Source of the DNA: Propioniciclava sp.
Lineage (GTDB): Bacteria > Actinomycetota > Actinomycetes > Propionibacteriales > Propionibacteriaceae
Assembly (NCBI RefSeq): GCF_029977985.1
Contig: NZ_JARKOT010000015.1
Span: 9,056-73,055 of the forward strand
Direction: 5' to 3'
Length of the DNA: 64,000 bases
Shown: piece by piece, positions 20,342 through 29,327 of the stretch
Position numbering within the stretch: position 1 is the first letter of the stretch
Layout of the letters: each line of letters opens with the position of its first letter
Notes under the pieces: model-generated
Seen by the model: only the letters and a program-made list of their open reading frames with translations
Told to the model about the DNA's origin: nothing
Databases searched by the model: none
Translations under genes and position numbers: made by a program

Positions 20342-20380
20342 CACGGGCCCCCGGTGAGCTTGATTCCCCGGGGGTCCGTG
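20342..20380 (+). terminator. hairpin after nrdJ
   Basis: CACGGGCCCCCGG / CCGGGGGTCCGTG 13-bp stem. Confidence 0.6.
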
Positions 20381-20420
20381 CCGTCCGTGCGACCCGCCTG
20401 GCCGGGTGTACGGTGAGGAC

Positions 20421-20957
20421 GTGAGCAACCACCTCCAGGCGCCGACGATGTCGGCCCGACCGGTTCCGGGCAGGGTGGCGCTGTTAGCGGCGTCTGCGGC
20501 CTATGGGGCCCTCGTCGTCCTGCAGGCGGTGACGCTGCCGCAGAGCGTGCCCGCCCACGTGGGGCCGGACGGGACGGCAGACCGGTGGGAGCCTCTCGCC
20601 GCTCACCTCGTCACCGCCACTCTCGTCGGCCTCGCCACGGCGCTGATGTTCTGGTTCCTCCCCGCCCTGATGGGTCGCTTCCCGTCCGATCTCGTCAACC
20701 TGCCGCACAAGGAGTACTGGCTGCGGCCCGAGAACCTCCCCGCAACCCGGGCCCGCCTCGCGAACCAGATGGGCTGGTTCGGTGCCGCAGTGCTCGTCTT
20801 CATCGGGTACGGCATCTGGACCGTCGGCCAGGTCGCCTTGGGGACGCCCCCGCCGGCGGCCGTCTTCTGGGTGCTGTTCGCCCTCGTCCTCGCCGGGTGC
20901 GTCGCGTTCGCCGTGTGGTCCTATCGCGGCACCGCGTGGCGTCCGCCGGCGGACTAG
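20421..20957 (+). CDS. DUF1648-type membrane protein
   Basis: LPQSVPAHVGPDGTADRW and VNLPHKEYW motifs; four TM segments; -10 TACGGT 6 nt before GTG. Confidence 0.72.
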   Translation: MSNHLQAPTMSARPVPGRVALLAASAAYGALVVLQAVTLPQSVPAHVGPDGTADRWEPLAAHLVTATLVGLATALMFWFLPALMGRFPSDLVNLPHKEYWLRPENLPATRARLANQMGWFGAAVLVFIGYGIWTVGQVALGTPPPAAVFWVLFALVLAGCVAFAVWSYRGTAWRPPAD

Positions 20958-21748
20958 CTCTCGGGCCGGACGCCGTCGGCGTCAGCCAGGCGCAGGGCGG
21001 CGGAAGCGGCGAGGGCGAAGAGGTTGTCCCGCACGTGGGCGGCGGTCTGCCAGTCGCGGTTGTCCCACGTCTGCCCCGACAGGTCGTCGCCGCAGTACAC
21101 CACCTGCGCGTAGGGCACGCCTCGGAAACGGGCCGCCGCCGCGAGCGAGGCCGCCTCCATCTCCACGGTCAGGCAGCCCTCATCGCGTCGAAACGCGATC
21201 TTGGCGGGCGTCTCGCGGTAGGGGGCGTCGGTGGTCCACGTGGGGCCGGTGACGTGCGGCACCCGGTGGTCGGCGAGGGTTGCCTCGAGGACGCCACGGG
21301 CGGCGGCGTCCAGCTCGACCCAGCGCGAGGCGGGCAGGTAGTGCAGCGACGTACCCTCGTCGCGCAGCGCGGCTGACACGACGACCAGGTGCCCGAGCGT
21401 CTGCTCGGGGTGCAGCGATCCGGCGCCTCCGCACGCCACGAACGCGGAGCAGCCACGGGCGATCGTCTCCTCCAGCAGCCCGACCGCGAGCGGCCCGCCC
21501 ACGCCGGAGTGGAGCACCGCCAGGCGCTGGCCCTCGTGCTCGGTCTCCAGCAGCACGTGCGGACCGTCCTCCCACTGGTTCTCGTCGATGACGCGGGCGC
21601 CGGCGGCCAGCAGGCGCTGCACCACGTCGCCGAAGAACGTGATCACGCACGCCGCGGGCACGTCGGCTCGCGGCACGGCCGCGCTGGGCTCGATGAGCGC
21701 CGGTGTGCTCGGGTCGAACTCGAGCAGCGGCGTCGGGTCATCGATCAC
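20954..21748 (-). CDS. nucleoside phosphorylase family protein (uridine/PNP-like)
   Basis: RDEGTSLHY, WTTDAPYRET, VEMEAA. Confidence 0.88.
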   Translation of the reverse strand: MIDDPTPLLEFDPSTPALIEPSAAVPRADVPAACVITFFGDVVQRLLAAGARVIDENQWEDGPHVLLETEHEGQRLAVLHSGVGGPLAVGLLEETIARGCSAFVACGGAGSLHPEQTLGHLVVVSAALRDEGTSLHYLPASRWVELDAAARGVLEATLADHRVPHVTGPTWTTDAPYRETPAKIAFRRDEGCLTVEMEAASLAAAARFRGVPYAQVVYCGDDLSGQTWDNRDWQTAAHVRDNLFALAASAALRLADADGVRPES

Positions 21749-21769
21749 GCGTCCATCCTGCCTTCCATC

Positions 21770-22657
21770 TCAGCTGAGGTCCGGCTCGGGGGCGTCGGGA
21801 TCGATCTCGCGCAGCAGGCCGACGACGAGTTCCTCCAACTCGTCCAGCGCTGGCCCCTGACCGGCGAACGTCAGCAGCCGCGACGGTCGCTGCCCGCCGG
21901 TGCCGCGCAGGACGCCCCCCGCCTCCTCGAGGATCACCCAGCCGGCGGCGATGTCCCACGCGTTCACGCCGGCCTCGTAGTAGCAGTCCAGCCGACCGCG
22001 AGCCACGTGGCACAGATCCAGGGCGGCCACGCCCATCCGTCGGATATCGCGCACGCGCGGCAGCACCTGGGCCACCACCCGCCCTTGCTTGGCCCGCGAT
22101 GGGGGGGCGTACCCGAAGCCCGTCCCGGTCAGGCAGCGGGCCAGCTCGGTGCGCGTGCCGACGGCCAGCGGCGTCCGGACACCGCCGGTCTCCACGAAGC
22201 TGCCGCCACCGCGGCGGGCCAGGTACAGCTCGTCGGCCACGGGGTTGAACACGGCGCCCGCCACGGGGTACCAGGCCCGCGCGGTGTGCGGGTCGCCGAC
22301 GACCGCGGCCACCGACACCGCGTAGAAGCCCATGTCGTAGAGGTAATTGGCGGTGCCGTCGATGGGGTCCACGAGCCACCAGATGCCCGAGGTGCCCGGC
22401 ACATCGGTGCCCTCCTCGCCGACCACCCCGTCCTCCGGACGCCGCCGCGCCAGCTCGGCGCGGGCCAGTGCCTCGCTCCGCGGGTCCATGATCGTGACCA
22501 CGTCGGTCGAGGAGGTCTTGAAGTGGTCGGCCACCAGGTCGCGCGGCCGCTCGTCGGTGATCAGCCGCCCACAGGCGCGCGCCACGTCCATCGCCACACC
22601 CAGGAGTTCGTCCAGCAGCGGGCCGGGGAGGGCGGCGTCGTCAGGAGGAGTTTCCAT
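21770..22657 (-). CDS. inositol monophosphatase family protein (SuhB-like)
   Basis: GEEG, VDPIDGTANY, WDIAAG. Confidence 0.9.
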   Translation of the reverse strand: METPPDDAALPGPLLDELLGVAMDVARACGRLITDERPRDLVADHFKTSSTDVVTIMDPRSEALARAELARRRPEDGVVGEEGTDVPGTSGIWWLVDPIDGTANYLYDMGFYAVSVAAVVGDPHTARAWYPVAGAVFNPVADELYLARRGGGSFVETGGVRTPLAVGTRTELARCLTGTGFGYAPPSRAKQGRVVAQVLPRVRDIRRMGVAALDLCHVARGRLDCYYEAGVNAWDIAAGWVILEEAGGVLRGTGGQRPSRLLTFAGQGPALDELEELVVGLLREIDPDAPEPDLS

Positions 22658-22778
22658 GGCACCAGCGTGGCACGTCCGGCATTGTCACGGGTTGGTTACT
22701 GATCTGGATGAGGCTCGGCATCGGGGCGGGGGAGTGCAAAGATGCCCCATCACTTCTCATATCCGGGAGGAACACCAC

Positions 22779-23621
22779 GTGATCACCACAGCCACGAAGC
22801 GTCTCGCGCTGGCGGCCGTTGCCGCTGCTCTGACGCTCAGCCTCGGCGCGTGCGCCAACAACTCGGCGACGCCGGCCACCGCTCCGGCGGGTACCGACAC
22901 GGCCGCCGCCGGCGGCGTCCAGCTTGTCAACGAGGGCAAGCTGACCGTGTGCACGCACCTGGCCTACAAGCCGTTCCAGTTCACCGATGACGCCGGCAAG
23001 ATCGTCGGCTTCGACGTCGACCTGATGGATCTCGTCGCCAAGGACCTCGGCGTCACCCAGGAGATCGTCGACATCGAGTTCGGCCAGATCACCTCCGGCG
23101 CGGTCTTCGCGTCCAAGCGCTGTGACGCCGGTGCCGCGGCCATCACCATCACCGACGCCCGCAAGGAGTCGGCGCGGTTCTCCGACGGCTACTTCGCGGC
23201 CACCCAGGCGCTGCTGGTCCGCAAGGACTCGGGCATCGCGAACGTCGACGGCCTCCAGGGCAAGGTCCTGGCCGCGCAGTCCGACACGACGGGCCTCGAC
23301 TGGGCGAACGAGAACGCCGGCAAGTACGGCTACGAGGTGCGCGTGTTCGACGACATGCCGACCGGCTCGAACGCCGTGCTCGGCGGCGTGGTGGCGGCGT
23401 CCATCAACGACAACGGTGTGCTCTACGACTACGCCAAGGACAACCCCGACACGCAGGTCGTGCAGGAGTTCCAGACGGGCGAGGAGTACGGCTTCAACGT
23501 CGGGTCCGACAACGAGGCCCTGCAGACCGAGATCAACAAGGTGCTGACGGCGGCCAAGGCCGACGGACGCTACAACGACATCTACAAGAAGTGGTTCGGA
23601 GTGGACGCCCCCACCTCGTGA
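22779..23621 (+). CDS. polar amino-acid ABC transporter substrate-binding lipoprotein
   Basis: RBS GGAGG before GTG; lipobox LGAC; GFDVDL; IYKKWFG. Confidence 0.9.
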   Translation: MITTATKRLALAAVAAALTLSLGACANNSATPATAPAGTDTAAAGGVQLVNEGKLTVCTHLAYKPFQFTDDAGKIVGFDVDLMDLVAKDLGVTQEIVDIEFGQITSGAVFASKRCDAGAAAITITDARKESARFSDGYFAATQALLVRKDSGIANVDGLQGKVLAAQSDTTGLDWANENAGKYGYEVRVFDDMPTGSNAVLGGVVAASINDNGVLYDYAKDNPDTQVVQEFQTGEEYGFNVGSDNEALQTEINKVLTAAKADGRYNDIYKKWFGVDAPTS

Positions 23622-23630
23622 CCTCCACGC

Positions 23631-23671
23631 CGACGGCGTCCGGCCGGACTCAGCCCGACCGGGCGCCGTCG
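23631..23671 (+). other. intra-operon hairpin between binding-protein and permease genes
   Basis: CGACGGCGTCCGG / CCGGGCGCCGTCG stem; usual site of differential mRNA stabilisation. Confidence 0.5.
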
Positions 23672-23709
23672 CTGTCCGTCAGCATGCCCGTTTCGGGAGC
23701 AGGAGAACC

Positions 23710-24528
23710 ATGACCACCACCACCGCCGTGCGCAGGGCGAAGACCTCTCCCCGCAAGCGCGCGCAACGCATCCGGATCGTCCAGTACGTCGTGCTGGCGG
23801 CCCTCGTCGTTCTCGCCATCGCCCGCATCGACGGGGGCCAGGTGCAACGGGTCTTCCTCCGGTCCGATCTCATCGCCCAGACCGTCACCACCGGCCTGGG
23901 CAACGCGTTGCTGAACACGATCTACTACACCGCGGGGGCGTTCCTGTTCGGCCTTGCCATCGGCACCGTGCTGGCGCTCATGCGGTTGTCGCAGGTGGCG
24001 CCCTACCGTTGGTTGGCCAGCATCTACATCGAGTTCTTCCGCGGCGTCCCCGCCCTGATCGTGCTGTTGGCGTTCGGGTCGATCTCGATCGCTTTCCCGG
24101 GTCTCGTGTTGCCGTTCGACCCGTACGGCACGGTGTGGACGGCGCTCGGCATGGTGAGCGGCGCCTACATGGCCGAGACGATCCGGGCCGGCATCCAGGC
24201 GGTGCCGAAGGGGCAGATCGAGGCGGCGCGGTCGCTCGGCATGCCGCCCGGCATGGCGATGAGGAAGATCGTGTTGCCGCAGGCGTTCCGCATCATCACG
24301 CCGCCGCTCACGAACGAACTGGTCCTGCTCACCAAGGACTCCTCGCTCGTCTACGTGCTCGGCCTCATGGCGCCCGCCTTCGAGCTCACCAAGTTCGGCC
24401 GGACCCTCATGAACAGCACCGGCAACCTCACCCCGCTGGTCGTGGCGGGCTTCTCGTACCTCATCATCACCCTCCCGCTGACGTTCCTCGTCCGCCGCAT
24501 GGAGGCCCGACAGAAGAAGGCCCGGTGA
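23710..24528 (+). CDS. polar amino-acid ABC transporter permease
   Basis: [29 protein letters not shown]. Confidence 0.93.
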   Translation: MTTTTAVRRAKTSPRKRAQRIRIVQYVVLAALVVLAIARIDGGQVQRVFLRSDLIAQTVTTGLGNALLNTIYYTAGAFLFGLAIGTVLALMRLSQVAPYRWLASIYIEFFRGVPALIVLLAFGSISIAFPGLVLPFDPYGTVWTALGMVSGAYMAETIRAGIQAVPKGQIEAARSLGMPPGMAMRKIVLPQAFRIITPPLTNELVLLTKDSSLVYVLGLMAPAFELTKFGRTLMNSTGNLTPLVVAGFSYLIITLPLTFLVRRMEARQKKAR

Positions 24529-24532
24529 CGCC

Positions 24533-25435
24533 ATGACGACGACCCCGACGAAAATCCCCACGGGCAACCGTGAGGACGAGATCCAGATCTACGACCTGCA
24601 CAAGAGCTTCGGCGACCTGGAGGTCCTCAAGGGCATCTCGACGGTCGTCCACCGCGGCGAGGTGGTGTGCGTCATCGGGCCGTCCGGCTCGGGCAAGTCG
24701 ACGCTGCTGCGCTGCGTGAACCTTCTCGAGGAGCCCACGCGGGGCCGCATCTTCATCCTCAACGAGGAGATCACCGATCCGGACGCCGACGTCGACTTCA
24801 TCCGCACCCAGATGGGCATGGTCTTCCAGCAGTTCAACCTCTTCCCGCACCTGACGGTGCTCGAGAACTGCACGATCGGCCAGACGCAGGTGAAGAAGGT
24901 CCCGAAGGACCGCGCGGAGAAGATCGCCCGCGAGAACCTCACCAAGGTGGGGTTGGGCGACCGGACGGACGCCTACCCGGCCCAGTTGTCGGGCGGCATG
25001 CAGCAGCGCGTGGCTATCGCGCGGGCGCTCAGCATGGATGTTGAGATGATCCTGTTCGACGAGCCGACCTCGGCGCTCGACCCCGAACTCGTCGGCGACG
25101 TGCTGGCCGTCATGCGCGATCTGGCCACCGAGGGCATGACGATGATGGTCGTCACCCACGAGATGGCGTTCGCCCGCGAGGTGGCCGACCGGGTCATCTT
25201 CATGGACGGCGGTGTGATCGTCGAGGAGGGTCACCCGAGCCAGGTCATCGGCAATCCGCAGGAGGAGCGCACCCGCACCTTCCTCCAGCGGGTGCTCGAC
25301 CCGACCCACTCGAACCCCGGCGCCGAGGACGCGGCCCACGCCCGCCGTCATGGCGACGAAGAGGAAGCCGACGAGGGTCACCTGCCCGATCCGGCGCTCC
25401 GGACGGACGCCCCACCGCGGGGTCGCCTGTTCTAG
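24533..25435 (+). CDS. polar amino-acid ABC transporter ATPase (GlnQ-like)
   Basis: [36 protein letters not shown]. Confidence 0.94.
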   Translation: MTTTPTKIPTGNREDEIQIYDLHKSFGDLEVLKGISTVVHRGEVVCVIGPSGSGKSTLLRCVNLLEEPTRGRIFILNEEITDPDADVDFIRTQMGMVFQQFNLFPHLTVLENCTIGQTQVKKVPKDRAEKIARENLTKVGLGDRTDAYPAQLSGGMQQRVAIARALSMDVEMILFDEPTSALDPELVGDVLAVMRDLATEGMTMMVVTHEMAFAREVADRVIFMDGGVIVEEGHPSQVIGNPQEERTRTFLQRVLDPTHSNPGAEDAAHARRHGDEEEADEGHLPDPALRTDAPPRGRLF

Positions 25436-25517
25436 CCCGCGCGGTTCCGCCGCTTGTCGGAGCCACCTAGGCTGGCCGCAGCCCTCATCCGGAGGGTCCG
25501 GCAGCGAAGGAGTGCCC

Positions 25518-26045
25518 ATGAGTGAGAACCGAGCCAGCGACGACGTGACGGTCACGACCGACCCCGAGGAGGTCGAGCGCGTGCAGAAGATCATGGGCGA
25601 CATCAACATCGCCATGCTCACCACCGTCGACGCCGGCGCGACCGACGGCACTCTTGTCAGCCGACCCCTGTCCACGCAGGTGGCCGAAGACGACGGCGAC
25701 GTGCTCTTCCTGGTGCGCAAGAGCAGCAACGTGGTGCGCGACATTCAGGCACACCCGCAGGTGAACGTGGCCTACACGTCGAGGTCGGCCTGGGTCTCGT
25801 TGTCGGGCGAGGCCACCGTCATTGAGGACCGTGCGCTCATCGAGCAGCTCTGGAGCACCGGGGCGTCCATGTTCATGGAGGGCGGCCCCGAGAACCCCGA
25901 CAACGTCGTGCTCAAGGTGCACGGCGACACCGCCCACGTGTGGGGCGGCGACTCGGCGGTAGGCACGTTCGTGAAGGTGCTGCGGACGATCACCCGCACC
26001 GGCGACGACTCAGCCGCCGGTTCGACGGTCGTCGACCTGCCCTGA
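25518..26045 (+). CDS. general stress protein 26 / PNPOx-like split-barrel protein
   Basis: AMLTT...LVSRPL, PQVNVAY, VSLSGEA; RBS AAGGAG. Confidence 0.8.
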   Translation: MSENRASDDVTVTTDPEEVERVQKIMGDINIAMLTTVDAGATDGTLVSRPLSTQVAEDDGDVLFLVRKSSNVVRDIQAHPQVNVAYTSRSAWVSLSGEATVIEDRALIEQLWSTGASMFMEGGPENPDNVVLKVHGDTAHVWGGDSAVGTFVKVLRTITRTGDDSAAGSTVVDLP

Positions 26046-26549
26046 TCCGGCCGACGCGGGGGCCGGGACGGCGACGCGTCCGGCCCGGCTCTCGCGGACG
26101 CGCCACGTGACGAACCCGGCGAACCCCGCCACGAGCAGGACGCCGAGGGTGACGGTGAGCGCGGGGGAGCGCTGCCACAACAGCGCCAGCGCCTCGAACC
26201 CGAAGAAGCCCGCGGCCCCGTAGACGATCGCCCAGGCCACGCACCCGAGGGCCACCGCGGGCAGGTAGCGGCGCAGCGGCATCCGGATGCCGCCCGCAGC
26301 CAGGTTGACGAGCGTCTGCACCCCGATCGTCAGGAACGACAAGGCCACGACCGGCGCGCCCCACCGGTTCAGCCGGTCGACGGCCCGGGTGTAGCCGGGG
26401 GAGCGCATGAGGCGTTGGATGCGGGTGGACTCGGCGCCGCGCGCGGCGAGCCGGCCGAGCCAATAGGTGCCGTTGGCGCGGGCCATCACGATAACCCACA
26501 GGGCCACGACGATGACCTCGAGCGGCGCGTCCCACGTCCTCGGATCCAC
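26010..26549 (-). CDS. DedA/VTT-domain membrane protein
   Basis: RANGTYWLGR, RWGAPVVALSFLTIG, AAGGIRMPLRRYLPA; RBS GGAGG before GTG. Confidence 0.8.
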   Translation of the reverse strand: MDPRTWDAPLEVIVVALWVIVMARANGTYWLGRLAARGAESTRIQRLMRSPGYTRAVDRLNRWGAPVVALSFLTIGVQTLVNLAAGGIRMPLRRYLPAVALGCVAWAIVYGAAGFFGFEALALLWQRSPALTVTLGVLLVAGFAGFVTWRVRESRAGRVAVPAPASAGSGQVDDRRTGG

Positions 26550-26596
26550 CGCCCGCCTCCCGTCGCCCCACGCGGCGCCCGCGGCCGCAAGGTCCC

Positions 26597-27889
26597 CTAT
26601 TCTGCCACGGGCCCCGGACGCCGCCGCGTGTCGGCGGCGCGGCGCATGAGCCAGGCGCCGCCGAACAGGCTCGCCAGGGCCAGGACCGACGCCGGAGCCG
26701 CCGGGTGCAGGACGGTCCCCGACAGCCACACCCCGGTCGTCCCGGCCATGAGCAGCGCGAAGGCGGCCACCGCCGTCCTGGTGTCCTGCTGCGCGCCGAG
26801 CGGCGGGATGAGCCGGAACTCGAGGCGTCCGATGAGCGGCACCAGGGCCACCACGGTGGCCAGGCCGCACGCCGCCACGACGAGCTGATTGAGCAGCACG
26901 CCGGACGCCGCCGGCCACAGGTAGACCAGACCCACGAGGGCGAGCCCGGCCAGCCCGATGCAGAAGATGTGCCACAGGTAGGTCGTGACCATGAGGGCGT
27001 TGGCGACGGCGAGGTTGCGCTCGACCCGCGGCGTCAGGTGGGCCAGCACGCCCGAGCGCTCGACCAGCCCCAGCAGGCCGCACTGGGCGAGCGCCAGCGT
27101 GGCCATGGCGAGTGTCGGGGGCTGGATGTTGGCGATGGGCAGGTCGGCGAACCCGACCGACGTCGGCGGGTAGCCCGCCCCGAACACCAGGGCCGCCGTG
27201 GCGCCGGCGCCCCCGGCCAGCGCGAGCCACGGCGTCCAGAGCGGGCCGCGGCGGAACCAGCCGCGCTCGTAGGCGATGCCGAGCTGGTGGACGAACGGCC
27301 ACACGAGCAGCATGTTGAGGTTGCGGCCGAAGTCGCTGCCCACCGAGAAAGACCACGCATCGACGACCACGGCACCGGCCAGGAGCACGGCCATCGGCAG
27401 CGCCCCGTGGCGGTCGTGCAGGCGCACCATGAGCGGCGCGACGGCGATGATGACGAGGTACACCGACACGAACCAGAGCAGCTGCATGAGTTGGCGCGAG
27501 AGGGTCACCGCTGCGTCCACGTGACCGGCCCAGGCCGCGGCGCTCGCCTCGAACGTGCAGAAGCCGACGAAGACGAGCAGCGGCCCCACGAGGCGCCGGC
27601 CGCGGCTGGCGAGGAAGTGGCCGAGGCTGGCGCCCTCGCGGGTCATCCGGTCGAGGGTGAGCGCGTGCCCGAAGCCGCCGGCCACGAAGAACAGCGGCAT
27701 GATCATGAGCACCCAGGTGAGCGGGTAGAGGTAGGTGGGGGCCGCCCACGGGATGATCGCGGGGGCCCCGTCGACGATCCGCACCTGGTAGAGCAGGCCG
27801 TGGAAGATGACCACGACCGCGACCGAGGCCGCACGCGCGACGTCGATCACGTGGTTGCGTCGGCGGCCGGGCGCCGGGGTGGTCGTCAT
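26597..27889 (-). CDS. acyltransferase-3 family membrane protein
   Basis: IDVARA...VVIFH, MPLFFVAGG, LWFVSVY, TYLWH. Confidence 0.85.
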   Translation of the reverse strand: MTTTPAPGRRRNHVIDVARAASVAVVVIFHGLLYQVRIVDGAPAIIPWAAPTYLYPLTWVLMIMPLFFVAGGFGHALTLDRMTREGASLGHFLASRGRRLVGPLLVFVGFCTFEASAAAWAGHVDAAVTLSRQLMQLLWFVSVYLVIIAVAPLMVRLHDRHGALPMAVLLAGAVVVDAWSFSVGSDFGRNLNMLLVWPFVHQLGIAYERGWFRRGPLWTPWLALAGGAGATAALVFGAGYPPTSVGFADLPIANIQPPTLAMATLALAQCGLLGLVERSGVLAHLTPRVERNLAVANALMVTTYLWHIFCIGLAGLALVGLVYLWPAASGVLLNQLVVAACGLATVVALVPLIGRLEFRLIPPLGAQQDTRTAVAAFALLMAGTTGVWLSGTVLHPAAPASVLALASLFGGAWLMRRAADTRRRPGPVAE

Positions 27890-27924
27890 TAAACGCGAAG
27901 CCTACGCCGATCTAGGCTGGGCGG

Positions 27925-28857
27925 GTGCAAGCGGCGATCACGGGCATCTCGACCATCTGGGTCGTGATCGGCGTGGGCTGGCTGGTCGCGCACGTGGGGC
28001 TGGTCAACCAGCGGGGCCGGCGGCTGGTGTCGATGCTGGCGTTCATTGTCGCGTCCCCGCCGCTGCTCTTCGGGCTGGTGGCGCGCGCGTCCCTCGACCA
28101 CGTCTTCGCGGCCACGGCCGTGGTGTCCGTTATCGCGATCGGCGTGATGGTGGCGCTGTACCTCGCGCTGGCGCGGCTGTTCTTCCGGCCCGATCTGAGC
28201 GGTCTGGTCATCGGCGCGATGGCGTCGGCCTACACGAACGCGGGCAACTTCGGCCTGCCCGTGGCGATGGCGCTGCTGGGCGACGCGACGTGGGTGGCGC
28301 CGATCATGCTGGTGCAGGTCGGCGTCCTGCAGCCCATCTGCCTCGCGCTGCTCGACGTGGACGCCGCCCGCACCGAGGGCGTCCGGCTGTCGCCGGGGCG
28401 CTACCTGTCGTTGCCGGTGCGCAACCCGATCACGGTGGGCATCCTGCTCGGGCTGGCGGTGAACCTGCTGGGCGTGCCGGTGCCCGCGTTCGTCCTGCAG
28501 CCCGTGGACATGCTGGGCGCGATGGCGGTGCCGCTCATGCTGCTGGCGTTCGGCGTCTCGTTGCGGCTCGATCCGAAGCCGGGCGTGGGCGATCACAGCG
28601 CCCAGGTGTGGGTGACGGTGGTGCTCAAGCTCATCGTCCACCCGCTGGTGGCGTGGGCGATCGGGCGGTACGGGTTCGGCCTGGGCGGGCACGAGCTGTA
28701 CGCCGTGGTGATCCTGGGCGCACTGCCGGCGGCACAGAACATGTTCGTCATCGCCACGCGTTATGGCCGCAGCGAACTGCTGGCGCGCGATTCGGTGTTC
28801 TGGACGACGATCGGTTCGGTCGGCACGCTGCTGGTCGCCGCCGCCCTGCTCGGGTGA
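27925..28857 (+). CDS. AEC (auxin efflux carrier) family transporter
   Basis: NAGNFGLP, RNPI, KLIVHP, LPAAQN; about 10 TM segments. Confidence 0.87.
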   Translation: MQAAITGISTIWVVIGVGWLVAHVGLVNQRGRRLVSMLAFIVASPPLLFGLVARASLDHVFAATAVVSVIAIGVMVALYLALARLFFRPDLSGLVIGAMASAYTNAGNFGLPVAMALLGDATWVAPIMLVQVGVLQPICLALLDVDAARTEGVRLSPGRYLSLPVRNPITVGILLGLAVNLLGVPVPAFVLQPVDMLGAMAVPLMLLAFGVSLRLDPKPGVGDHSAQVWVTVVLKLIVHPLVAWAIGRYGFGLGGHELYAVVILGALPAAQNMFVIATRYGRSELLARDSVFWTTIGSVGTLLVAAALLG

Positions 28858-28891
28858 GGGCATCGGGGCCCTTTCCGGTAGAGTCGGGGCC

Positions 28892-29296
28892 GTGACGCCT
28901 GTGGGCCATCTGCTTCCCATCACTGCCGACGACTGCTCGCTGCTGCTCGCCGAGCGGACGATCGGTCGCGTCGCGTGGGCGTCGTCGCAGGGCATGGTCG
29001 TGCTGCCCGTCACCTACGTCCCCACCGACGGCCTCATCGTGTTCCGCGTGGCCGAGGACACCCTGCCCGCCGAGCTCGCCGACGGCCACGAGGTGGCGTT
29101 CGAGGTCGACGACATCGACGAGGAGACCGGCACCGGTTGGTCGGTGCTCGTCCGCGGTCGTGCCCGCGCCCACGAAGGACGCCCCACCGAACTGCCCCAG
29201 CCGTGGGCGCCCGGCGAGCGCCCGGTGCTCGTCGCGATCGAACCCACCGCCGTCACCGGCCGGTCGGTGTCCGCGGCCTGGAAGCCGCGCGGCTGA
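28892..29296 (+). CDS. pyridoxamine 5'-phosphate oxidase-like protein
   Basis: IGRVAW, VLPVTY, VAFEVDD...GWSVLVRG; -10 TAGAGT 7 nt before GTG. Confidence 0.82.
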   Translation: MTPVGHLLPITADDCSLLLAERTIGRVAWASSQGMVVLPVTYVPTDGLIVFRVAEDTLPAELADGHEVAFEVDDIDEETGTGWSVLVRGRARAHEGRPTELPQPWAPGERPVLVAIEPTAVTGRSVSAAWKPRG

Positions 29297-29327
29297 GCCC
29301 GCCCGCGGCGTCCCTAGACTGGCGCGC

